DNA of 43,426 nucleotides, from NCBI GenBank assembly GCA_964623415.1, contig CAZUUH010000002.1, forward strand, positions 1-43,426, in the 5' to 3' direction. Both the position numbers and the translations under genes were made by a program. The notes below the pieces were generated by a model. The model was not told where the DNA came from. It saw only the letters and a list, made by a program, of their open reading frames with translations, and did no database searches. Source of the DNA: an uncultured Candidatus Saccharibacteria bacterium. Its GTDB lineage: Bacteria; Patescibacteriota; Minisyncoccia; Phycocordibacterales; UBA9973. Each line of letters opens with the position of its first letter. The stretch's first letter is position 1. Shown here one piece after another: positions 20,798-29,307 of this stretch.

Positions 20798-22219
20798 ATG
20801 CCAATAAGGGAGGTAAAAATATTACTTTATATAATTGTTTTATTTTTATTTTTTATTTTTCGAGCGGATGCTAATATTTTTATAAACGAAATACAAATAT
20901 CTGATACTGATGATCGCTTTATAGAATTATATAATTCCTCAGATTCAATAGTTGATTTAACTGATTGGTATATACAAAGGAAAACAGCTACTGGTATTGA
21001 TTTTGGATCTTTGGTTTCAAAGACTTATTTTAATGGTAAAAGTATAAAAGCTTCTAGTTATTTTGTGATATCAAAAGGGGATTTTGGTGATATTATTTTT
21101 CCTAATTTAACTTTAACTGAGTCTAATTCAATTCAAATTAAAAATTCTAAGCAAGAGGTAGTTGATATAATTGGATGGGGAGATTCGCCTGATTGTAACA
21201 GTGTTTGTGATAATAATCCAATTACTGGTAAAAGTTTACAAAGGTTACCGGGTGGAGATTGGGTTATAGCAAACCCAACTATAGGTAAAAATAACTCATC
21301 AAATAGTTTTGTGGATGAAACAGAAGAAGATAAAGACCAATACGAAGATGAAAATATTGTTTTAAAAAAAGAAAATACAAAAGAAATTTTACCACTTAAA
21401 ATATCAACAAAAATATCTTCCCCAAAAATTATTACAGTTGGAGATCCTTTTTCTTTTAGTTCTAAGACGACAGATAATAGAGGGAAAACATATTATGTAG
21501 GTAGATTTATCTGGAATTTCGGTGATGGTAATAAAATTGAGGTAGAAGACTCTGGCCCGTTTGAGTATGTTTATGAATACGAAGGAGAATATATATTACA
21601 TTTAATGTATTTTGATAATGATTTCGCTGAAAATCCAGAAGCCACAGATAAAATTAAAATCAAAGTTATACCACCTAGTATATATATAAATAGTGTTGGA
21701 GATAATATTAATCCATATGTTGAATTAAAAAATAAATCTAAAGACGACATAGATATATCTGGGTGGTCTATTGTTACTGGTTATAGAATTTTTTCATTTC
21801 CTTATGGAACACTGATTCCTAGTGGTCAAACAATAAAACTACATAAGAGAGTAACTGGTTTTGATGAGTATGATATAGAATATTTAATAATTCAAAATCC
21901 AAGAGGTGATATAGTCTCTACTTATCCAGCATCTTCTAATTTTAAGGTAGGTAAAGTATTAGATTCTCAAAAAGTTATAGTTGATAAACCAAAAGAAGAA
22001 AATAAAGAGGATATTAAAAAAGAAGAAATAATTAATTTAAATAATTTAGAAGCAAGTGCAATAAAACAGGGTAAAGAGATAAATATATATATCATCGGTT
22101 TAGTTTCAGTTATCATTATTGGTATTTTGGGAGTATTATTTTTGAGAAAAAAATATGAATTTCAAAAAGACGATTTAGATGAAAATGTTAGTATTGATGA
22201 TATTAAAATAATAGAATAG
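20798..22219 (+). CDS. Membrane-anchored surface protein: signal peptide, lamin-tail domain, PKD-like domain, second lamin-tail domain, C-terminal TM
   Basis: LTD1 is IFINEIQISDTDDRFIELYNSSDSIVDLTDWYI. The PKD-like block is FIWNFGDGNKIEV...YEYEGEYILHLMYFD. LTD2 is IYINSVGDNINPYVELKNKSKDDIDISGWSIVTG. The C-terminal helix is IYIIGLVSVIIIGILGVLFL followed by RKK. The gene starts 3 nt after the ATPase B stop. Confidence 0.7.
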   Translation: MPIREVKILLYIIVLFLFFIFRADANIFINEIQISDTDDRFIELYNSSDSIVDLTDWYIQRKTATGIDFGSLVSKTYFNGKSIKASSYFVISKGDFGDIIFPNLTLTESNSIQIKNSKQEVVDIIGWGDSPDCNSVCDNNPITGKSLQRLPGGDWVIANPTIGKNNSSNSFVDETEEDKDQYEDENIVLKKENTKEILPLKISTKISSPKIITVGDPFSFSSKTTDNRGKTYYVGRFIWNFGDGNKIEVEDSGPFEYVYEYEGEYILHLMYFDNDFAENPEATDKIKIKVIPPSIYINSVGDNINPYVELKNKSKDDIDISGWSIVTGYRIFSFPYGTLIPSGQTIKLHKRVTGFDEYDIEYLIIQNPRGDIVSTYPASSNFKVGKVLDSQKVIVDKPKEENKEDIKKEEIINLNNLEASAIKQGKEINIYIIGLVSVIIIGILGVLFLRKKYEFQKDDLDENVSIDDIKIIE

Positions 22220-22289
22220 TAATAAAGATTGAAGGATATATCTTTTATGCTATAATGACTTGTACATTTATTATAAGAACAAATCATTT

Positions 22290-23705
22290 ATGTTTAAAAA
22301 GACAAAAATAGTAGCTACTATAGGTCCAGCAACAACCTCGAAAGAAATGCTTGCAAAATTATTAAAAGCCGGTCTTAATGTTATTCGTCTTAACTTTTCT
22401 CATGGTGATTTTAAAGAACATCAATTAAAGGTTGATAATTTTCGTAATGCAATAAAAGAAACTGGTATATCAGGAGCTATTTTACAAGATCTTTCTGGCC
22501 CTAAAATAAGATTAGGCGATTTTTATCAAGAAAAAATAGAACTTAAAAAGGGAGATTTTATAACTATAACAACAGATAAAATAGTTGGTGATGAGAAAAA
22601 AGTTTCTATAAATTACCCATTATTTCCTAAAGAAGTTAAGGAAGGAGATTCTATTATGATAGATGACGGTAAAAAGAGATTTCAGGTTGTTGAAGTTAAC
22701 GGAAAAGAAGTTTTATGTAAGATAATGGTTGGAGGAACAACAAAAGGACGTAGGGGTGTTAATTTACCGGATTCTGATATCTCAATTAAGTCACTTACAG
22801 ATAAAGATATAAAAGATATCGATTTTGGTATTAAAAATAAAGTTGATTTTTTTGCTTTTTCTTTTGTTAGGAAACCAGAAGATGTTATAGAGCTACGTGA
22901 AATTTTAAATAAAAGAAAATCTAAGGCAAAAATTATTGCAAAGATAGAAACTCCTCAAGCTATAAAAAATTTAGATGCAATTTTAGAGCTTTGTGATGGT
23001 CTTATGGTTGCTCGTGGAGATTTGGCTATAGAAGTTCCTGCTGAGAAAGTTCCATTATTGCAGAAAATGATAATTAAAAAATGTAATGATGCTGGAAAGA
23101 TTGTTATTACAGCAACTCAGATGCTTGAATCAATGATTAAATCTCCAGTTCCTACACGTGCAGAAGTTTCTGATGTGGCTAATGCTATTCTTGATGGAAC
23201 TGATGCAATAATGTTGTCAGAAGAAACAACTCTTGGCGAGTATCCTATCGAGGCTGTAAATGTAATGTCTCGTGTTGCTAGAGAAATAGAGCATAATTAC
23301 CCAGAAATAAAAGAAATACCAAATACTAACGATTTAAACCGAGAAATAACAGATTCTATAACAGAAGGAGTAGTTAAAATTTCTCATAACATTGGAGCTA
23401 AGGCGATTATTGCAATGACTGAATCAGGTTATACAGCAAGAATGGTTTCTAGGCATAAACCAGAAGCTCCTATTCTTGCAATTACTCCAAACGAAGTAAC
23501 TTATAGGCAAATATGTATTTCATTTGGTTGCTACCCCGTAATGGTTCCAAATTTTAAAAATTATGAAGAAGTATCAAATTTTGTTAGAGATTATTGTAAA
23601 AAAAATAAAATTGCAGAAAAAGGCGATAGTGTTGTAGTAACTGGAGGAATGCCATTTAGTAAGAAAAGTGGATCGACTAATATGATAATGGTTGCAAAAA
23701 TATAA
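22290..23705 (+). CDS. pyk: Pyruvate kinase
   Basis: Contains KTKIVATIGPAT, VIRLNFSHGD, IIAKIETPQA, MVARGDLAIEVP and ITATQMLESM. I chose the ATG at 22290 rather than the TTG at 22260. Confidence 0.92.
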   Translation: MFKKTKIVATIGPATTSKEMLAKLLKAGLNVIRLNFSHGDFKEHQLKVDNFRNAIKETGISGAILQDLSGPKIRLGDFYQEKIELKKGDFITITTDKIVGDEKKVSINYPLFPKEVKEGDSIMIDDGKKRFQVVEVNGKEVLCKIMVGGTTKGRRGVNLPDSDISIKSLTDKDIKDIDFGIKNKVDFFAFSFVRKPEDVIELREILNKRKSKAKIIAKIETPQAIKNLDAILELCDGLMVARGDLAIEVPAEKVPLLQKMIIKKCNDAGKIVITATQMLESMIKSPVPTRAEVSDVANAILDGTDAIMLSEETTLGEYPIEAVNVMSRVAREIEHNYPEIKEIPNTNDLNREITDSITEGVVKISHNIGAKAIIAMTESGYTARMVSRHKPEAPILAITPNEVTYRQICISFGCYPVMVPNFKNYEEVSNFVRDYCKKNKIAEKGDSVVVTGGMPFSKKSGSTNMIMVAKI

Positions 23706-23736
23706 TTATTAATTTTAATATCATTCTTAAATAAAT

Positions 23737-25053
23737 ATGCAAAAAGAAGTTAAAATATCAAAAATCTGGGCAAGAGAAATATTAGATTCAAGAGGAAATC
23801 CTACTATTGAAGTTGAAGTTACCTTATCGGATGGATCTTTTGGTCGTGCGGGGGTTCCATCAGGAGCTTCTACTGGTAGTCATGAAGCGGTTGAACTTCG
23901 TGATGAAGAAAATTCAACCAAGAATAAAGCTGGCAAAAAAAGATATGCTGGTAAGGGGGTAATTAAAGCTGTTTCTAATGTCAATGAGATAATTACAAAG
24001 AAATTGAAAGGTAAAATTTTAGACCAAAAAACTATTGATCAAATAATGATTGAGTTAGATGGTACAGAGAACAAGGGTAAACTTGGAGCTAATTCTATCT
24101 TGGGTGTATCTCTTGCTTTTGCTCATGCTATGGCAGATTCTTTAAACAAACCTCTTTGGAAATATTTTAAAGATATTTCTAAAACAAAAGATATTTATAT
24201 TCCTACACCAATGATGAATATTTTAAATGGAGGCAAACATGCAGAAAATTCTACAGACATACAGGAATTCATGATAATGCCTATCGGTGCATCTTCTTTC
24301 AAAGAAGCTCTTCAGTGGGGATCTGAAGTTTTTCATGAACTTAAGAAAATTTTAAAATCTAGAAAATTGAATGTTTCTGTTGGTGATGAAGGTGGTTATG
24401 CTCCATCATTACCTTCAAATGAAGCAGCTATTTTAGTTATAATTGAGGCTATTAAAAATGCTGGATATGTACCAGGTAAAGATATAAGTATAGCGATAGA
24501 TGCTGCTGCAAGTGAAATGTACAAAGATGGTAAATATCATTTAAAAACAGAAGGAAAAGTTTTATCAAGTGAAGAAATGGTTTCTTTTTATGAAAATCTT
24601 GTTAATAAATATCCAATAGTTTCGATTGAAGATGGTTTACATGAGGATGATTGGAGAGCTTGGTCTATTATGACAAAAAAGCTTGGTAAAAAAATACAAA
24701 TAGTTGGAGATGATCTTTTTGTAACGAATATAAAAAGATTAGAAAAGGGTATAAAAGAAAAATCTGGTAATTCTATTCTTATAAAATTAAATCAGATTGG
24801 TACAGTAACTGAGACCATAGAGGCTATCAGAATGGCAAAAAATGCAGGGATGACATCTATTGTTTCTCATAGATCAGGAGAGACAGAAGATACTACAATT
24901 GCAGATTTTGTTGTGGGTCTTGGAACTGGTCAGATAAAAACAGGTTCACTTTGCAGAAGTGAAAGAGTTGCAAAATATAACGAGCTTCTAAGGATAGAAG
25001 AATCACTTGGTAAAAAGGCTTTATATTTAGGTAAAAAGGCTTTTAAGATTTAA
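23737..25053 (+). CDS. eno: Enolase
   Basis: Contains [49 protein letters not shown] and [15 protein letters not shown]. Confidence 0.94.
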   Translation: MQKEVKISKIWAREILDSRGNPTIEVEVTLSDGSFGRAGVPSGASTGSHEAVELRDEENSTKNKAGKKRYAGKGVIKAVSNVNEIITKKLKGKILDQKTIDQIMIELDGTENKGKLGANSILGVSLAFAHAMADSLNKPLWKYFKDISKTKDIYIPTPMMNILNGGKHAENSTDIQEFMIMPIGASSFKEALQWGSEVFHELKKILKSRKLNVSVGDEGGYAPSLPSNEAAILVIIEAIKNAGYVPGKDISIAIDAAASEMYKDGKYHLKTEGKVLSSEEMVSFYENLVNKYPIVSIEDGLHEDDWRAWSIMTKKLGKKIQIVGDDLFVTNIKRLEKGIKEKSGNSILIKLNQIGTVTETIEAIRMAKNAGMTSIVSHRSGETEDTTIADFVVGLGTGQIKTGSLCRSERVAKYNELLRIEESLGKKALYLGKKAFKI

Positions 25054-25091
25054 GCCAGAATAAAATATTACAGGTTGACCTATATTAACGT

Positions 25092-25131
25092 GTCGAACAT
25101 ACATTATGTGTGTTCGACCCGTTTTATTTTT
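25092..25131 (+). terminator. Rho-independent terminator after eno
   Basis: GTCGAACA-tacattatgtg-TGTTCGAC followed by CCGTTTTATTTTT. It lies between the convergent eno and guaC genes. Confidence 0.6.
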
Positions 25132-25138
25132 AAACCCT

Positions 25139-26209
25139 TTACTCTTGATCGTATTTTTCTAAATATGTTGTAAGTTGTCTATTTACTCTTAAAAATGTTG
25201 CTCTTTTAGAAAACTCTTTTAATCTTCTTGCCCCTATGTATGTTCCAGTACTTCTTAACGAGCCAAATAAATCTTGTATAAAGTTATCAATTGGACCTTT
25301 GTATGGCATAAGCACATAGCGTCCTTCAGAAGCTCTGTATTCTCCCTTTTTACCATAGAAATCGACTAAAGCTTTATTGGAAGATGAACCAAAATATTCT
25401 TTATATTTTTTATTATCTTTTTCTATTAAGTTACCGGCACTTTCATCAAAACCAGAAAATAATGATCCTGCCATATTAAAATCTGCACCTCCACAAAATG
25501 CTTTTGATACACAAGATGGATATTGCTGACCACCATCTGCAATTACAAGACCATACCCACCATTACTATTAGATATACCGTGTGCAGCATCAGAACACTC
25601 TATAACAGCAGAAAGCTGTGGATATCCAACACCTGTCATCTTTCTTGTTGTACAGACGGATCCGGGCCCTATTCCAACTTTTACAATATCTGCACCAGAA
25701 AGAATGATTTCTTCAGTCATTTCATTTGTAACCACATTACCTGCGATAATGATATGGTCTGGACACAAGCTCCTAACTAATTTTATAGATTCAAGAAATC
25801 TTTCTAAATACCCATTTGGTATATCTATGCAAATAAAAGAAAAATTATTTATTAGTCCGCTAGAGATAATTTCTTTCAATTTATTAATATCTTCATCTCT
25901 TATACCAAGTGTGTATATTATATAATCTGGATTATTAAATTCTTTAAAGAAATTTTTATAGTCTTCTATGGAATAATATTTATGAAAAGCGGTTAACATT
26001 TTGTATTTAGATAAAGTTTTAGCCATTTCAAAAGTTCCACATGTTGCCATGTTTGATGCTATTATGGGGACGCCTTCCCATGTTTTAGGAGAGTGATAGA
26101 ATTTAAATTTACGCTCTAATATAACTTCTTTTCTTGAAGAGAGAGTGCTTCTTTTCGGTCTAAGTAATACATCTGCATAGTCTAGTTTTATGTCATCTTC
26201 TATTCTCAT
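25139..26209 (-). CDS. guaC: GMP reductase
   Basis: MRIEDDIKLDYADVLLRPKRSTLSSRKEV, IVKVGIGPGSVCTTR and TGVGYPQLSAVIEC are near-identical blocks to enterobacterial GuaC. There is no CBS insert. I chose the ATG at 26209. Confidence 0.9.
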   Translation of the reverse strand: MRIEDDIKLDYADVLLRPKRSTLSSRKEVILERKFKFYHSPKTWEGVPIIASNMATCGTFEMAKTLSKYKMLTAFHKYYSIEDYKNFFKEFNNPDYIIYTLGIRDEDINKLKEIISSGLINNFSFICIDIPNGYLERFLESIKLVRSLCPDHIIIAGNVVTNEMTEEIILSGADIVKVGIGPGSVCTTRKMTGVGYPQLSAVIECSDAAHGISNSNGGYGLVIADGGQQYPSCVSKAFCGGADFNMAGSLFSGFDESAGNLIEKDNKKYKEYFGSSSNKALVDFYGKKGEYRASEGRYVLMPYKGPIDNFIQDLFGSLRSTGTYIGARRLKEFSKRATFLRVNRQLTTYLEKYDQE

Positions 26210-26281
26210 ACAAAATAATAATATCATAATCAGGATTTTAATACCATTTTAAACTAATTTTATGTATGATATATTATAAAT

Positions 26282-27790
26282 ATGATTGATTTACTATCAT
26301 CGATTTTAGCTATATTACCATTTGGTATTTTTGTTTTTCTTTTATTTTTTAAAAAGACAACTCTTCTAAAAGCCTCAATTGTTACTCTTGTGTTTTATAC
26401 AATATTTTCTATTTTTTACTGGCAAATTTTACCATCATTTTTATTTGTATCTTATATTAAAGGAGTACTCGTTGCAATTGATATATTTATAATTATTTTT
26501 GGAGCAATTCTTTTTCTTGAAATTCTTAAGAAATTGAAAATTTTAGATAATATTTCTAAATATTTATCTGGTATCTCTAGTGATTATAGAATTCAAATTA
26601 TTATAATTGCTTGGTTTTTTGAAGCATTTTTGGAGGGTACTGCTGGATTTGGTGTTCCTGGAGCTGTTGCTGTTCCTCTGCTTATGGGTCTTGGCTTAAG
26701 TCCTATAAAATCATTAATACTTGCTCTTATGGGTAATAGTAGTCCTGGTATTTTTGGAGCAGCTGGTACACCTATCAAGGTTGGTTTTTCTACTCTTAAT
26801 ACAACTTCTGTTCCTTTATATGCTTCTATTTTTAATTTTGTAGGTATTATAATACCAATTTTTATGGTTTTTATAGCAACATCTGGTAGAGAAAATAGAA
26901 AAAAAGAATTTTTGGAAGTTATTCCATTTGCTATTTGGTCAGGCTTGTTATTCTTCTTACCATCGTTTTTAATTACCAAATATATTGGTCAAGAATTTTC
27001 AACAATTTTAGGTTCAATTATTGGTTTAATTATTTTAATTATTTCAATTAAACTTAAAATATTTACACCTAAAAATAATTTAATTTTAACCCCGAAATTA
27101 GAAAATAAAGAAAAGGGTATTGGAATATTTAAATCTTTTTTACCTTACTTAATTTTAATTATTATTTTAATTCTTGGTAAAATATTTTTAGGTGACATAA
27201 GGATTCCAATAAACATTTTTATTTTGCATAATTTTTCCTTATTTAATCCTGGTTTTGCTTTTATTATTGCAGGAGTATCAATTTATTTATTGTTAGGGAA
27301 AAAAGTAAATAGTATTTTTAATAACGCATTAAGAGTTTCTATTAAAGGAGCTATTCCACCATTTCTTGTTATATCATCAATGCTTGCAATGGTAGAAATA
27401 ATGAAAAACTCTGGTTATAATTTATCCTTTTTACCATCAGCAATAGATATAATTGCTAGATTATTTGAATCATCTTTATTGCCATTTCTAGCTCCTTTTG
27501 CTGGGGCTTTTGGTTCTTTTATTACAGGTAGTGTTACGGCTTCAAATATAATGTTTGGATCTTTATTTAATATTGCTTCTATTAATATAGGTATCAATAG
27601 TGTTATTGTATTAGCTCTTCTTCTTGTTGGTGGTGGTATAGGTAATATGATTGCACTTGCTGATATCTTAACTGCAGAAGCTGTAGTTGGAGAAAAGAAT
27701 CTTGAAAGAAAAATAATTAAGGGTGTAATTATACCTTGTTTGTTGTGTCTTTTGTTAGCTGGTATCATAGGTTTAATAATTTTTAAATAG
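26282..27790 (+). CDS. L-lactate permease (LctP family)
   Basis: A polytopic membrane protein with the LctP-type block GTAGFGVPGAVAVPLLMGLGLSP and the C-terminal GGGIGNMIALADI block. Confidence 0.72.
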   Translation: MIDLLSSILAILPFGIFVFLLFFKKTTLLKASIVTLVFYTIFSIFYWQILPSFLFVSYIKGVLVAIDIFIIIFGAILFLEILKKLKILDNISKYLSGISSDYRIQIIIIAWFFEAFLEGTAGFGVPGAVAVPLLMGLGLSPIKSLILALMGNSSPGIFGAAGTPIKVGFSTLNTTSVPLYASIFNFVGIIIPIFMVFIATSGRENRKKEFLEVIPFAIWSGLLFFLPSFLITKYIGQEFSTILGSIIGLIILIISIKLKIFTPKNNLILTPKLENKEKGIGIFKSFLPYLILIIILILGKIFLGDIRIPINIFILHNFSLFNPGFAFIIAGVSIYLLLGKKVNSIFNNALRVSIKGAIPPFLVISSMLAMVEIMKNSGYNLSFLPSAIDIIARLFESSLLPFLAPFAGAFGSFITGSVTASNIMFGSLFNIASINIGINSVIVLALLLVGGGIGNMIALADILTAEAVVGEKNLERKIIKGVIIPCLLCLLLAGIIGLIIFK

Positions 27791-27793
27791 ATT

Positions 27794-28015
27794 ATGTATA
27801 TAAAAGTTAGAGTAACAGCTTCCGCAAAAAAAGAAATTATTCAAAAGAAGAGTGATAATTATTTTATTATATCTGTAAAAGAAAAAGCTGAGAGAAATAT
27901 GGCTAATAAAAGAATTTGTGAAATTATTGCTTCTGTTTTTAATGTTTCTGTAAAAAGTGTAAGGATTATAAATGGTCATCAAAGTCCAAGTAAAATACTC
28001 TCAGTTAATTTATAA
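27794..28015 (+). CDS. DUF167 (YggU-like) small protein
   Basis: 73 aa. The pattern IKVRVTASAKKEII...AERNMANKRICEIIASVFNVSVKSVRIINGHQSPSKIL fits the DUF167 consensus. Confidence 0.6.
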   Translation: MYIKVRVTASAKKEIIQKKSDNYFIISVKEKAERNMANKRICEIIASVFNVSVKSVRIINGHQSPSKILSVNL

Positions 28016-28066
28016 GTAAATTTTTGTTATAATATATATATTACCAGTTTAATATTTTTAAAAAAT

Positions 28067-28453
28067 ATGAATATAAACATTAAGGCAACAAATATGGAAT
28101 TGACGGTACCAGTGAGTGGTTATATTAATAATAGTTTATCAAAAATTAAAAAATTTATTGGTAATAAGGATGAAATTATAATTTTTGTTGAAGTTGCTAA
28201 AACTACCAATCATCATAAACAAGGTGATGTTTTCAAAGCAGAATTTAACTTAGAAGTTTCAGGAACTAAGTTTTATGTTTTATCAGAAAAAGAAGATCTA
28301 TATAAAGCTATAGATCAAGCTAAACATGATATGATAAGGCAAATCAAGGGTAGTAAAGAAAGAAAAAAGACTTTATTTAAAAGAGGTTCTATTAGTGTGA
28401 AAAAAATGATAAAGGGTATTTCTAGAAGAAACCCATTTACTTCTAAATATTAA
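28067..28453 (+). CDS. hpf: Ribosome hibernation promoting factor (HPF/RaiA family)
   Basis: MNINIKATNMELTVPVSGYINNSLSKIKKF...FKAEFNLEVSGTKFYV...DLYKAIDQA is the typical sigma54-modulation/S30EA fold pattern. Confidence 0.8.
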   Translation: MNINIKATNMELTVPVSGYINNSLSKIKKFIGNKDEIIIFVEVAKTTNHHKQGDVFKAEFNLEVSGTKFYVLSEKEDLYKAIDQAKHDMIRQIKGSKERKKTLFKRGSISVKKMIKGISRRNPFTSKY

Positions 28454-29307
28454 TTACGGATGAAATCACTGTAAGATATCTCTTTTCTACCTTCTGGAAT
28501 GACTCGTTCTATAATAAACGAGTCATTTTCATATTTAGCTTTAGTTATTTTTACTCTTATGTTTTTATTTTTTTTATTAACAAAGAAAAATGTGTTTGGC
28601 CATCCTAAATAAGCTCTGTATTTATACCAGTTTTCTTTAGGACTACTATTTATAATATCTAATAACCCATCTTCTTTTTTTATCTTTTTGCAATAAGAAG
28701 CTTTATTCTCATCTTGCTCTTTTTTTGAAACACTACCATCTAAAATTTTTGGTATTAAATTTGATAAATTTTTGACTCCAATTTTAATAAGTTTTTCTTT
28801 TAAGCTATCTTTTGTATCACTCATATTAATTTCGGTTTCTTGTTCAGATAATATTGGACCAGAATCTAGCTTAAATATCATCTTTTGGATACTTACTCCA
28901 GTTTTTGTATCGCCATTTAAAAGAGATGATTCAAGGGGGGATGCTCCTCTATATTTAGGTAAAAGAGAATAATGAATATTTATTGTTCCATACTTAGGAT
29001 GATCTATTATGTCTTGAGGGAGTATTTTACCATATGCAACAACGATAGAAAGTTCTATTTTATATTCATTTAAAATATTTATTGTATTATTATCTAATTT
29101 TTCTATTTTGGAATAGGGTATATTGTATTTATTTGCAATAGTTATTATTTCTGCTTCTTTCATTTCCATACCACGGCCAGATCTTTTATCTGGTTGAGTT
29201 ATTATAATTTCAGGTCTATAGCCACCTTCCAATAAACCCTCAAGAGTTTTACTTGATATTTCTCCGTTACCAAAGAAAGCTAATTTTATTGAATTTTGGG
29301 ATGTCAT
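28450..29307 (-). CDS. fmt: Methionyl-tRNA formyltransferase
   Basis: Contains FFGNGEIS, IVVAYGKILP, INIHYSLLPKYRGASPLESSLLNGD and TGVSIQKM. Its start shares 1 nt with the hisS stop (TAATG). Confidence 0.88.
   Translation of the reverse strand: MTSQNSIKLAFFGNGEISSKTLEGLLEGGYRPEIIITQPDKRSGRGMEMKEAEIITIANKYNIPYSKIEKLDNNTINILNEYKIELSIVVAYGKILPQDIIDHPKYGTINIHYSLLPKYRGASPLESSLLNGDTKTGVSIQKMIFKLDSGPILSEQETEINMSDTKDSLKEKLIKIGVKNLSNLIPKILDGSVSKKEQDENKASYCKKIKKEDGLLDIINSSPKENWYKYRAYLGWPNTFFFVNKKNKNIRVKITKAKYENDSFIIERVIPEGRKEISYSDFIRN

Noticed and set aside
16244-22219. Interpretation of the TraD/VirD4-like ATPases as part of an integrated conjugative element or plasmid remnant.
   Set aside because: The window contains no integrase, relaxase, VirB4, replication or partition genes and no flanking direct repeats. 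By eye the composition does not differ from the neighbouring housekeeping genes. tRNA-Ala lies upstream, but I found no duplicated tRNA 3' end.
23737-25053. An ~8-aa insertion in enolase ([20 protein letters not shown] versus the usual RDGDKxRYxGKG), considered as a possible moonlighting or surface-binding loop.
   Set aside because: The judgement rests only on my recollection of the consensus. Short loop insertions are common in divergent lineages, and there is no supporting context.
25092-25118. CGAAC...GTTCG in the eno terminator resembles half-sites of the Gram-positive LexA (Cheo) box.
   Set aside because: The half-sites are separated by 15 nt rather than 4. They form the stem of an obvious terminator hairpin followed by a T-run, and no SOS gene lies downstream.
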